16,547 nt of DNA, from assembly GCA_050506795.1 (NCBI GenBank), contig JBJHCF010000068.1, positions 1 through 16,547 of the forward strand. Direction: 5' to 3'. The DNA is from Opitutia bacterium (GTDB lineage: Bacteria > Verrucomicrobiota > Verrucomicrobiia > Opitutales > T3Sed10-336). Positions 8,124 through 16,517 of this stretch are shown here, one piece after another (positions within the stretch are counted from its first letter, which is position 1; each line of letters begins with the position of its first letter). A program made the position numbers and the translations under genes. The notes beneath the pieces are model-generated. The model was not told where the DNA came from and made no database searches. It was given only the letters and a program-made list of their open reading frames with translations.

Positions 8124-9254
8124 TTAAGGTATTAAGTCCGCTTCTTTAGGTGAAGTCAGGGTAATGCTGGCTGGATTTCCGGATGGCGTGCTATCTATAA
8201 AAGTTGGATCCATTCCCAAACGAATCGCGATCGAGTCCCAGATTCCGTTTTGATTTGTATCCGGATTCAATGGATTGGTTCCGGCCAGATATTCTTCAAG
8301 ATTCGTTAATCCGTCACCGTCAGCGTCGTCGTCGGCATCGACATTGGTCGTTCCGAAATAGTACAACTTCCAGGAGTCCGGAATTCCGTCTCCGTCGGTA
8401 TCGATTTCGGATGTGCCTATGTATATTTCTACGATGTCGGCAGGTGACAAGGCGTGGTCATAGATCCTGGCCTCCCAGAAGTTTCCCCGGGCGCTCCAAT
8501 GATTACGACCCACGCTGGCATAACCGATAATCCATCGAGTAGATGTGTTCGAATGACTATAGTTCGCATTTATCGCATCGCTTCCAACCTCATGACCGTC
8601 AACATAGAAACGCACTTCTCCCTCGTCATAGTCAACAACCTGACAAAGGTGGTACCATTTATTCCAGTCCTGGTACTGAGGCGAGGAAATCACCGTACTG
8701 CCATCGACATCTTGATAAAAATGAGCGTAAAACCTGCCGTCCGCGTTCAGACGAATGCCAAACAACGAACCCTTCATTAAGATCGCAAAGTTGTTTGATG
8801 TGCCGTTTTCTCCTGGAAGATGATCCGGTTTAAACCAAATCGATAGACTGTGGGTTCCTTCGTTTAGATGGTCGAGGGCATAGACCGATGGGGTCCGAAC
8901 AAGGGACAAACCGTCAATCCTTAACGCCGTAACCCCATCGACCTGTTCGAAGCTTAGGTGGTCGCCAACCATATCGGCATGATGGTCGTTGATGGTCTCG
9001 TCCGGGATCAGGTCACCGTATGAATAGGTCAACATGTAGTGAACCATGCCGCCGTCGAGCGGGGGATTGTCGATGTGGTCGGCCTGCAAAATCGGTAACA
9101 GCGACCCCAGGACGAGAGCGAGCGCTCCACTCAGCCACAGTGAGGCGGCCCGGTGCGGGGAGGACCTCCGGTTGGGGCTATCGAGCGAAGGCTCGATGCC
9201 ACGTTGGATCCGATGCGGTGACACTGGATCGTGACAGGCTTGCTTCCTTTTCAT
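8124..9254 (-). CDS. Secreted LamG/concanavalin A-like domain protein with bacterial thrombospondin type-3 (DxDxDG) Ca-binding repeats
   Basis: Hydrophobic signal segment LWLSGALALVLGSLLPILQA. LamG motifs SLSIWFKP, KWYHLCQVVD...VRFYVDG, WEARIYDHALSPADI. Repeats DTDGDGIPDSW, DADGDGLTNLEEYLAGTNPLNPDTNQNGIWD. The start overlaps the upstream gene's stop (ATGA, 9251-9254). Confidence 0.88.
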   Translation of the reverse strand: MKRKQACHDPVSPHRIQRGIEPSLDSPNRRSSPHRAASLWLSGALALVLGSLLPILQADHIDNPPLDGGMVHYMLTYSYGDLIPDETINDHHADMVGDHLSFEQVDGVTALRIDGLSLVRTPSVYALDHLNEGTHSLSIWFKPDHLPGENGTSNNFAILMKGSLFGIRLNADGRFYAHFYQDVDGSTVISSPQYQDWNKWYHLCQVVDYDEGEVRFYVDGHEVGSDAINANYSHSNTSTRWIIGYASVGRNHWSARGNFWEARIYDHALSPADIVEIYIGTSEIDTDGDGIPDSWKLYYFGTTNVDADDDADGDGLTNLEEYLAGTNPLNPDTNQNGIWDSIAIRLGMDPTFIDSTPSGNPASITLTSPKEADLIP

Positions 9255-10333
9255 GGCTGTGTGGCGTTGACCGGTCGTGATCCGGTTGTTTCAAGGTTTC
9301 GATTGGCTCTCGCAATGGCTGGGGCCAAGTGCGGGTCGCCCAAGGCGGCCACACGTTCCAGGACGCGAATCGCCTCCGGCGATCCGTCCGATCCCAGGGC
9401 CGCGATGGAGGCCAGGCGAAGGGGATAACCCGCGGCCGGGTCCAAAGCCCATTCGGCGGCGGAATCGCGCGTCTGAGCGGACGCGGATCCGGCCGCAAGA
9501 TTCAAAGCGGTGACGCGGGCCAGGTCGCCCGCGGTTTCGTCCCGTACGATGGCGAGAGCCGCTTCGGCGACATTCAACCCGCTGGTTTCGTCAGGGGATC
9601 CGGATGCGGTCAGGTGATTCAACCCGATCAACGCGGTTCCGGCCAGGCTGGTGGCCCTTTCATCGAGCGCCGCCTTGAACGCGTCCAGTATCCTTCCCTT
9701 CTCCTCGTCGGACGCGGACTCGTGCCACACCCCCATGTGTTGCAACGCGTAATCCCGAACGGCTGCGTCCTGGTCCGAGTCTCCAAAGAGATCCATCATT
9801 ACCCCGGTCAGATCCTCGGGCGGGTTATCCTGATTTCGCAAGAGGTTGAGCAGATCGTTCTTTACCGCCCGATCGAGAACGCGCTCTTCCTCGGTATCGG
9901 GAGGCGCGGCGAGGAGGAAACGGTACAGCGCCTCGATCTCGAATGGAGACAGGTTCGTTCCCAGACCGCGTACCACCGCGCCGCGTTCGGCATACGTTCC
10001 TGAGGGATCCTCGATGGTCGCGAGCGCCCGAACGAAGGCGTCGTCAAGGACGAGCGCCTCCTCCGCGAGAGGGCGGCCGTGAGGCAATTCTCCGGAGGTT
10101 TCCTCGATTTCACGCGCCATGCCCGTCGATGCCCCGGAGGTATCGACGGAAGCACCGCGTCGAGATTCCTCCGATTCAGCTTCCCCGCGCACGATTGCCG
10201 TTTCGTCGGGTTCGGAAGGTTCGGGCCGGGATGGCGAGAGCAAGACCCGCATGGTCGCAACCAAAACAACGACAGCGGCCAATGCCAAAAGCCATTTCGC
10301 CCGGGAAGATCGAGAATGCGGTCGATGTTTCAT
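9251..10333 (-). CDS. Membrane-anchored HEAT-repeat (alpha-solenoid) protein
   Basis: Basic N-terminus, single TM (WLLALAAVVVLVATMRVLL) and acidic linker, followed by HEAT-like helices (VRDYALQHMG, LAGTALIGLNHL, ARVTALNLA, LRLASIAALG). ATG at 10333 was chosen; an in-frame TTG at 10351 is the alternative. Confidence 0.8.
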   Translation of the reverse strand: MKHRPHSRSSRAKWLLALAAVVVLVATMRVLLSPSRPEPSEPDETAIVRGEAESEESRRGASVDTSGASTGMAREIEETSGELPHGRPLAEEALVLDDAFVRALATIEDPSGTYAERGAVVRGLGTNLSPFEIEALYRFLLAAPPDTEEERVLDRAVKNDLLNLLRNQDNPPEDLTGVMMDLFGDSDQDAAVRDYALQHMGVWHESASDEEKGRILDAFKAALDERATSLAGTALIGLNHLTASGSPDETSGLNVAEAALAIVRDETAGDLARVTALNLAAGSASAQTRDSAAEWALDPAAGYPLRLASIAALGSDGSPEAIRVLERVAALGDPHLAPAIARANRNLETTGSRPVNATQP

Positions 10334-10354
10334 TCGTTCGTTATTTCCCAAACG

Positions 10355-13300
10355 TCATCGTACCCCGACGAGTTCGCCGTTCTGATAAACGTAAGTGCGG
10401 TGGCAGGAGGAGGTGATCGCCCAGGCGGGCATGATGAAACGGACGGTGGTCTGGCCGAGTTCGTCGAAATCCTCCGGCGTCAGGACCCGCTCGATGGTGC
10501 CGTCGTCAAAGACGACCCCGCCCACGAAAATCCGCAAATGCACCTCGATGTCCTCCGGTAGAGGACTGAGGATGGTGGTCATCTCCACCAACCGGCTGCC
10601 GTCGGGAAGGGCCCCGAGAACGCGAACGTTCGTTTCCCACGAGGAAAGAAGTCGAATTCCCTCGACTCCGACCGAATCCAGCACGGGTCCGTTTTCACCC
10701 AGGCGGGAGACGATCGTCCTCGGATCGTTATCCTCGGATCGAAAGCGCAGCCGGGGACTTCCCTGCTCCCCGAGGTTCTCGAATTGAAGACGGGGATCGG
10801 CCTCGTAAACGCCTGTGTATTGTCCGACATCATGCGAATTCCAATCCCGATGGCGATTGACCAGGGCGAGCGGGCGTTCCGGGAAGGTGAAGCCGTGGAC
10901 GTTGACACGGAGCGTGCCGGACGACTCGAATCCGTCGCCGGCGCGGTAAGTCCCTTCGATCAGGTACTCACCCGGTTCGGTGAAAGTGTAAACCAACGGG
11001 GAATCGGGAGTGGTCTCGAAGTGCGATTGCCGGCGAGTCGATTCCGGCATGGCGGATTCGTCGCGGATGGTGAGGGTGATGGAAGATTGCGAGTCATCGG
11101 CGGAAGCGCCGACGCCAAGGGCCGTGATAAGGAGGGAATCGCCCTTGCGCACGGTCATCTCGCCGCCTGCGAGAATGTCGTAGGGCACCCAGCGCGCGAG
11201 GAGACGATCTTCCGCGACACCGTTTTGCCAGGATACGGTGACGGCGTTGTCGGCCAAAGGCGCCAAGGGGACGTCGGCATGGTAACGGTATCCGGGGCCC
11301 GGTTTAGCCGGGAGCCTTATGGGGCCGAGGAAGGTTTCAAGATAGGCGTTCCAGTCCGCCGGATCGTGCGGGAGGAGGTGGGAATCGGGGGGAAGGACGG
11401 AAACATCGGCGGCAAGGGCGGAGCCTTGCCCTCCAGGGGGCAAATGCGGGGAATCCGCTGGAAAAACCTCGCGTCCGATGCGCATCATGCTCGGGTAGCG
11501 GCCTCGGCCTTCGATCGGCAATGGGGAGACGTGGGTGAGGATGGGTTCCCGGTTCGTGGTTCCTGGTTCCTGGTTGGCGTAGTGGAGCCGGTCTGTTCCG
11601 CTTTGGCGGGCGAGGCGGTCCTCCACCCAGTCCTTGATTCCGTTGCCATTGGAGTCGGGCCCTTCGACGCCGTGCAGGGCAATCGAATCCATCCGGAGGT
11701 TTGTCCCGGCGCGCGCACCGTCCCAGAGCACCCGAAGGCGATAGGTCCCTTCGGGCAGCCAGGGAGTGAAAGCGTACACCGACCCGGAATCCCCGTAAGC
11801 GCCCTCCAGCACCCGAGTGCCCAGGTATTCGTCATCCAGATACAGTTTCAAGTCGAAGGAAGACGCCGTCTCGATCGAGCGCCGGGCTTCTCCGCCCCGG
11901 ATCTCGACCAGGTACACATCCCCCCGGGGAACCTCGATATCGAACCCGATCCATCCCCTGCGATCCATACAGACGATGCCTTCGTCCGCACCGAACCAGC
12001 GCCCCACCCAATCGCTCGCTTCGGCCCCGGGGATCTCGACCCGCACATTCGTTTCGACGCCTACTTCACGCAACTCCTCAAGAGAGGGGGAACGCAACGC
12101 GAGGGCCGCGCTGTCGTGGTAACCGATGCCGTCCCACTCGCCCATCCAGGCAAAGGAATCGAAAGAGGGTTGGCCGTCGATGTCCTCGTAGAACCAATCG
12201 GCTTCGTCGTCGAGTTGAACGATCTCCAAATCGCTCACCCTGCCGCGCACATGGAAATCTTCGGAATGGGAAGAGACGAACATCCCGACCGGCACCGTCG
12301 CCGGCATCACCACGGAATCCTCCGACACAAGGACCCAATTTTCGCCGTCCCCGGACAGGTAATGCCGGAAGCGGTGCCCGGTGCGTCTGAGGCGAACATA
12401 CCGGTAAGCTTCGCTTCCGCCCGTTCCATGAGCAAAATCCAGGGCACCCTCACCTTGCTGCCGTCGAAAACGCGACCAGTAGGAAGACTTCCCCGAAAAC
12501 ACCGCGCTGTAGGAGGCCCCTTCGCTTAGGGAAGCCCGGGCCATCAAACCGTTCTGGGCCGGGAGACCGCGCTGCGTGGCGGCGGAGAAGTCCAAGGTTT
12601 CCGGGGCGCGCACCTTGGCGACGATTTCGAAGTTCCCCGTCAACTCCCGGTAAGCGAAGGTAAAGCCGTCGCGGTCCCCCGCGACTCCCCTTCCGCTGCC
12701 CAGGATGCGATATTCCTCTCCCACAACGTACGCATGAGGACCGGAAGCGCGCGTTCCGCCCACCTGCTCCAGATGCCATCCATCGAGGCCGTAGGCTTGG
12801 GGATAATCGCCGGCGTCCAGCACCCCGGTTCCCGCAAGTGCTTCATCGAAATCGCTCCAACCGTCGCCGTCGGTGTCGGCGAGGTGCGGATCGGTACCCA
12901 GCCGGTACTCTTCCAATACGCTCAAGCCGTAACCATGAAGATCGCTTCCGCCCAAACCGGAATCCAGCGGATCGAGACCGTACTTCAACGCCCACCAGTC
13001 CGGCACTCCGTCGCCGCTGGTGTCGGTCGCGTACACATCCAGTCCCAAGGCGCGCTTTTCCTCGTTGGTCAATCCGTCACCCGAAAAATCGAGTCCCTCC
13101 GGCTCGTGCTCCGAGACCACAATGTCATCGAGTAGCGACCCCCGCCCGCCGTCCAGACCCAGGCGGCTGAGAGTTCTCACCCCGGGATCCCTGAAGCCCA
13201 GATCGCGCAGACGCAAAACGCCGTCCACACAAAGCGACCAGCGACCCGTTTCGTAGTCGAGATGCACATCGACCCGTACCGCTTCGCCCCTCTCCACCCG

Positions 13301-15289
13301 CCGCCGGGAATTCATCCAGCGTTCGGCGGCGCCGTCGTATCCGACGAGGTAACCCGCGTGATTCACTGCGATCAAAGCGGTTCGCGGACCGCCCGGCAAC
13401 GAAGCGTCCGGGACGACGCCGGGCTCTCCGGTCAGGAAGCCGCTGAGCCAAATACTTTTCCCGTCATCGGCGCCCACATACAACTCGTCGACGCCCACCG
13501 GGCGAACCCCGGGCGCGGGACGCAAAGGCCGGTCGCCGGCGCCCCTGCTTTGCAGTCGAAGTGAAGACATCAAATCATCTCCGGCGGCCGCCGGAGCATC
13601 GTCGGGACGGACGAAATCGTCCGAGGCCAACGGATCGAATCCCCAGAAAACCTTGTCGCCGTCCCACATGCCGTCGCCCGAAGTGTCCGGACGGTTCGGA
13701 TCGAGCCCGAGCGCGATCTCCGCCTCGTTGGAAAGCCCGTCGCCGTCGTCGTCGAGTCCGGGAGGTTCCGCCTCTCCGATATACACGTTGTCCACGTCCG
13801 AGGTGCGGCTCGGTCCGGACAACTGGAAACGCCCGTATTGGTCGGAAGCGAACCCGAGGCCCTCCAGTACCTTCACCGAGTTCAGCCACAGGTTCCAGGT
13901 ACCGTTCTCGAAGTCCTGCCGAATCGTCACCCGCACCCAAGGTTCGATCCGGTCACGCGAAGGAGGAGCCTCCGAAACCAGGAACTCCGAATACATCGAG
14001 TCCGGCAAACGCGACAAGGGAGAAACCGGGGGAATCGGCACGGTCACCCACTCCCGACGGACGCCGTCCCAGGCGACCGCTTCCCGCTGACGGTTGAAAT
14101 ACAACCCGACGACCGTCTCTTCGCCGATCTCGGGCGGCTCCGACCTCAGGTGTCTGGCCGGACGGACAAAAAAGTCGGTCCAGACCACCGGCGGAGTCTC
14201 CGTTTCCTCCACTATCTCCACGGCGACGGCGGTTTCTCCACCGGACAACCGCAATCCGCGCTCGCCCCGGTAAGCCGCCCCGGTTTCGACATCCGCGCGC
14301 CCGAAACCCGCCGAACGCCATCCGCCCCGCGCGTGGATGTCTCCCTCGGGCCACCATTCGAAATCCTCGAAGAACGGCAACTCCACCGCGTAAACGTTGG
14401 ACGGCAGGCTCGGGTCCAGACCCAGCGCCAGCGCCTCCTCGTCGAAAAGACCGTCCCGCGAGGTATCCGCGCGGAAAATACCACCGTATCCCTCCGATTC
14501 GCCGAAGCCGAATTCATCGCGCGTTCTTTCCGCGAAGATCCCCTCCTCGGGTCCCGCATCGCCCAAAGGATCGGCGACCCCGGCATAAAAATCATCCAGA
14601 AAGACATTTCGCTCGGGATGCCCTCGCAACACGAAGCGCGAAAACCGTTGCTCCCCGCCGATCAGCAGATCGACCCCCACAAGTTCCCCGTCGACGAACA
14701 AATCCCAAATCCCGAACGTATAATCGAACCGCACGGTGAGCCGAACGAATTCCATCATTCCCGATTCGCCATCCAACGCGATCAGATCGCCGGAAGCCCG
14801 CTCCCACTCTCCCGTCATTCCGTTGAACGCATAAACGGCGGCCAGTCCCGGCGACGTTTCGACAACCGCCAGTTCGAATGCCCCGACTTCGACGTCGCCC
14901 AGGCCAATAATCGGAGAGACGTTGGCGCCGCCTTTGAGGAAAAAGTCGAGGTACACCACTTCGGACCGCTCGAAACGCGAAAAATCGCGCACGACGACCC
15001 CCGGCGGAAATCCCGCCGGTATCACGAGCGATTGCACTCCGGAAACCACCGTTCCCCGGACAACACGAGCCTCACCCTGTCTCACCTGCCAACCATCCTG
15101 CCCGTGGAGGTCGCCGGTGAGGTATCCCTCCTCGGGTTCGAATCCGGTGAAGTACGACGGAACCACCTGGGCGGGCAGCATGACCGGAAGCAGAAGCGCC
15201 ATAAAAACCACCTTGACGACACCGGCCGCCGCCACACTGAAACGCCGACCGCCGGCAAGGTTAGCGAAAGGGGAAAACGTCGTGTTCAT
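10355..15289 (-). CDS. Giant secreted/surface protein: three ConA-like beta-sandwich repeats alternating with TSP3-like Ca-binding repeats, a DUF1349-like lectin-fold domain, a CBM-like jelly-roll and a C-terminal beta-rich region
   Basis: 1644-aa ORF with a hydrophobic signal segment (VVKVVFMALLLPVMLPA). Repeated motif FVRLTVRFDY..GIWDLFVDG / WVRVTIRQDF..GTWNLWLNS / VRVDVHLDY..GRWSLCVDG. Ca-type repeats DDDGDGLSN, DTSGDGMWD, DTDGDGWSD, DSNGNGIKDW. DUF1349-like segment DGFTFAYRELTGNFEIVAKV...GLMAR...VRLRRTG...SGDGENW (~12215-12778). Confidence 0.85.
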   Translation of the reverse strand: MNTTFSPFANLAGGRRFSVAAAGVVKVVFMALLLPVMLPAQVVPSYFTGFEPEEGYLTGDLHGQDGWQVRQGEARVVRGTVVSGVQSLVIPAGFPPGVVVRDFSRFERSEVVYLDFFLKGGANVSPIIGLGDVEVGAFELAVVETSPGLAAVYAFNGMTGEWERASGDLIALDGESGMMEFVRLTVRFDYTFGIWDLFVDGELVGVDLLIGGEQRFSRFVLRGHPERNVFLDDFYAGVADPLGDAGPEEGIFAERTRDEFGFGESEGYGGIFRADTSRDGLFDEEALALGLDPSLPSNVYAVELPFFEDFEWWPEGDIHARGGWRSAGFGRADVETGAAYRGERGLRLSGGETAVAVEIVEETETPPVVWTDFFVRPARHLRSEPPEIGEETVVGLYFNRQREAVAWDGVRREWVTVPIPPVSPLSRLPDSMYSEFLVSEAPPSRDRIEPWVRVTIRQDFENGTWNLWLNSVKVLEGLGFASDQYGRFQLSGPSRTSDVDNVYIGEAEPPGLDDDGDGLSNEAEIALGLDPNRPDTSGDGMWDGDKVFWGFDPLASDDFVRPDDAPAAAGDDLMSSLRLQSRGAGDRPLRPAPGVRPVGVDELYVGADDGKSIWLSGFLTGEPGVVPDASLPGGPRTALIAVNHAGYLVGYDGAAERWMNSRRRVERGEAVRVDVHLDYETGRWSLCVDGVLRLRDLGFRDPGVRTLSRLGLDGGRGSLLDDIVVSEHEPEGLDFSGDGLTNEEKRALGLDVYATDTSGDGVPDWWALKYGLDPLDSGLGGSDLHGYGLSVLEEYRLGTDPHLADTDGDGWSDFDEALAGTGVLDAGDYPQAYGLDGWHLEQVGGTRASGPHAYVVGEEYRILGSGRGVAGDRDGFTFAYRELTGNFEIVAKVRAPETLDFSAATQRGLPAQNGLMARASLSEGASYSAVFSGKSSYWSRFRRQQGEGALDFAHGTGGSEAYRYVRLRRTGHRFRHYLSGDGENWVLVSEDSVVMPATVPVGMFVSSHSEDFHVRGRVSDLEIVQLDDEADWFYEDIDGQPSFDSFAWMGEWDGIGYHDSAALALRSPSLEELREVGVETNVRVEIPGAEASDWVGRWFGADEGIVCMDRRGWIGFDIEVPRGDVYLVEIRGGEARRSIETASSFDLKLYLDDEYLGTRVLEGAYGDSGSVYAFTPWLPEGTYRLRVLWDGARAGTNLRMDSIALHGVEGPDSNGNGIKDWVEDRLARQSGTDRLHYANQEPGTTNREPILTHVSPLPIEGRGRYPSMMRIGREVFPADSPHLPPGGQGSALAADVSVLPPDSHLLPHDPADWNAYLETFLGPIRLPAKPGPGYRYHADVPLAPLADNAVTVSWQNGVAEDRLLARWVPYDILAGGEMTVRKGDSLLITALGVGASADDSQSSITLTIRDESAMPESTRRQSHFETTPDSPLVYTFTEPGEYLIEGTYRAGDGFESSGTLRVNVHGFTFPERPLALVNRHRDWNSHDVGQYTGVYEADPRLQFENLGEQGSPRLRFRSEDNDPRTIVSRLGENGPVLDSVGVEGIRLLSSWETNVRVLGALPDGSRLVEMTTILSPLPEDIEVHLRIFVGGVVFDDGTIERVLTPEDFDELGQTTVRFIMPAWAITSSCHRTYVYQNGELVGVR

Positions 15290-15396
15290 AGCATTAAAAT
15301 TCGGGTTGGATCCATGATGTCGCGCAGACCGGTCCGCATCCGATCGTTTCGGACAAAATCAAAGGGTAACTCATCGATAAGCGATTCAGGTACCGG

Positions 15397-16275
15397 TCAC
15401 ATGCCGGAGGACCGGGGGTGTAACGTCGAAAGCTCCAACAGCGTTCCCTGCCCGGCGGCGGGATCGGGATCGGCTCCCAGGAAACTCGCGGGCTCGAGAG
15501 CGGCGTCGGAGATCCTCACTTGATCGATCCAGCCATCGAAAAAATTCGAGAAACCGCCGCCCCACATTCCCCGCCCCACGACCCAGAGCGCGTCTTCGAC
15601 CGCGAACAACCCGTCAATGGGATGGGTACTCTGCAAGTGGTATTCGACATCGTCGGGACCCTTGAGCCAAAGAGCCATTTCCGTGGACGTGGCGGTGAGG
15701 GCGGCGCTGTACCATACGTCGGCTGCAAGCGGCTCCTGGCTCTGAATGAAAATAAATTCGCCCGCCCCGTCGGTGATCAACGCTTCGAGACGGCCTTCGA
15801 CCAGCTTAAGCGCGATGGGCTGCGCGCCATGCTCCTCGGGGTTGGGTTGACCGTCCTTGCCCAGGATCACCTGGACAGCCTGGCCGTCATAAGGTTTGAA
15901 CGAGGCCTCCAGTGTAATCGCACTGAAGACATGGGTGTTCAGCGGTTTGTCCTCACTGTACAGATCCCGATTACCGTGCCGGAAGTTCATTGAAAAATCA
16001 TTGGGCTCACCGGTCAGCGGAATCGAACCGAACGGCGTGTCCTCCGAGTAGGAAGGCGCCGTGTAATCCGCCCACGTACGTAGATGGTTTCCATTGCCCG
16101 AAGAATCCAAGACCACGTCCACCTGCGGGTGCTCGACCATGGACCCGGCCGGACCTTCGTCGAAGCGCCAGTGGGCGACCGTCTCGGCCGCGGCCGCGGG
16201 GAACATTGACAGTGTGACACTCGTTGCCAAGGCACAGACCAGCCAATGAGGGCAAGGGGGATTCGATGATTTCAT
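15397..16275 (-). CDS. Secreted LamG-like jelly-roll domain protein
   Basis: Signal peptide ending AAAA-E. Motifs VAHWRFDEG, DSSGNGNH, ITLEASFK, WYSAALT, FFDGWIDQVRISDAALEP. Confidence 0.9.
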   Translation of the reverse strand: MKSSNPPCPHWLVCALATSVTLSMFPAAAAETVAHWRFDEGPAGSMVEHPQVDVVLDSSGNGNHLRTWADYTAPSYSEDTPFGSIPLTGEPNDFSMNFRHGNRDLYSEDKPLNTHVFSAITLEASFKPYDGQAVQVILGKDGQPNPEEHGAQPIALKLVEGRLEALITDGAGEFIFIQSQEPLAADVWYSAALTATSTEMALWLKGPDDVEYHLQSTHPIDGLFAVEDALWVVGRGMWGGGFSNFFDGWIDQVRISDAALEPASFLGADPDPAAGQGTLLELSTLHPRSSGM

Positions 16276-16397
16276 GATGCTCGGGTTGTTTGTAGGCTTA
16301 CGTTGGAATCGGCATGGCCGCTGAGGCGAGGGAAGGCGGTGAGGCTGATTTCGTCAGGTATCGAGAATCGGCGTTCAGATCAGCTAATGGGATCGGG

Positions 16398-16436
16398 ACA
16401 ACAAAAAAGCCGTTCCTCGATCAAGGGAACGGCTTT
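16398..16436 (-). terminator. Intrinsic terminator (second of a tandem pair)
   Basis: Minus strand AAAGCCGTTCC-CTTGATCGA-GGAACGGCTTT-TTTGTTGT: a perfect 11-bp inverted repeat (16406-16416 / 16426-16436) running into a U6 tract. Confidence 0.8.
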
Positions 16437-16466
16437 ACAACAAAAAGGCTCCACGTACGGGAACCT
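16437..16466 (-). terminator. Intrinsic terminator-like hairpin (first of a tandem pair)
   Basis: Minus strand AGGTTCC-CGTACGT-GGAGCCT-TTTTGTTGT: a 7-bp stem with one G-U pair, followed by a U-tract. Confidence 0.6.
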
Positions 16467-16517
16467 GAATATGGATGAAATCGTGACAGATCGGATTTCG
16501 CCAGACGCGATAACCCT

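Noticed and set aside
11365..11470. Imperfect peptide duplication FPADSPHLPP / LPPDSHLLPH
   Set aside because: A low-complexity Pro-rich loop with weak DNA identity; not a supportable repeat element.
10784..12529. 581-aa plus-strand ORF
   Set aside because: Lies fully antisense to the 1644-aa gene in GC-rich DNA, with no recognisable motifs; a typical shadow ORF.
13838..15523. 561-aa plus-strand ORF
   Set aside because: Antisense shadow of the giant gene, with Arg/Pro/His-rich non-protein-like composition.
16276..16517. Known riboswitch, T-box or tRNA in the leader
   Set aside because: I could not recognise any conserved aptamer or cloverleaf motif; only terminator-like hairpins are supported.
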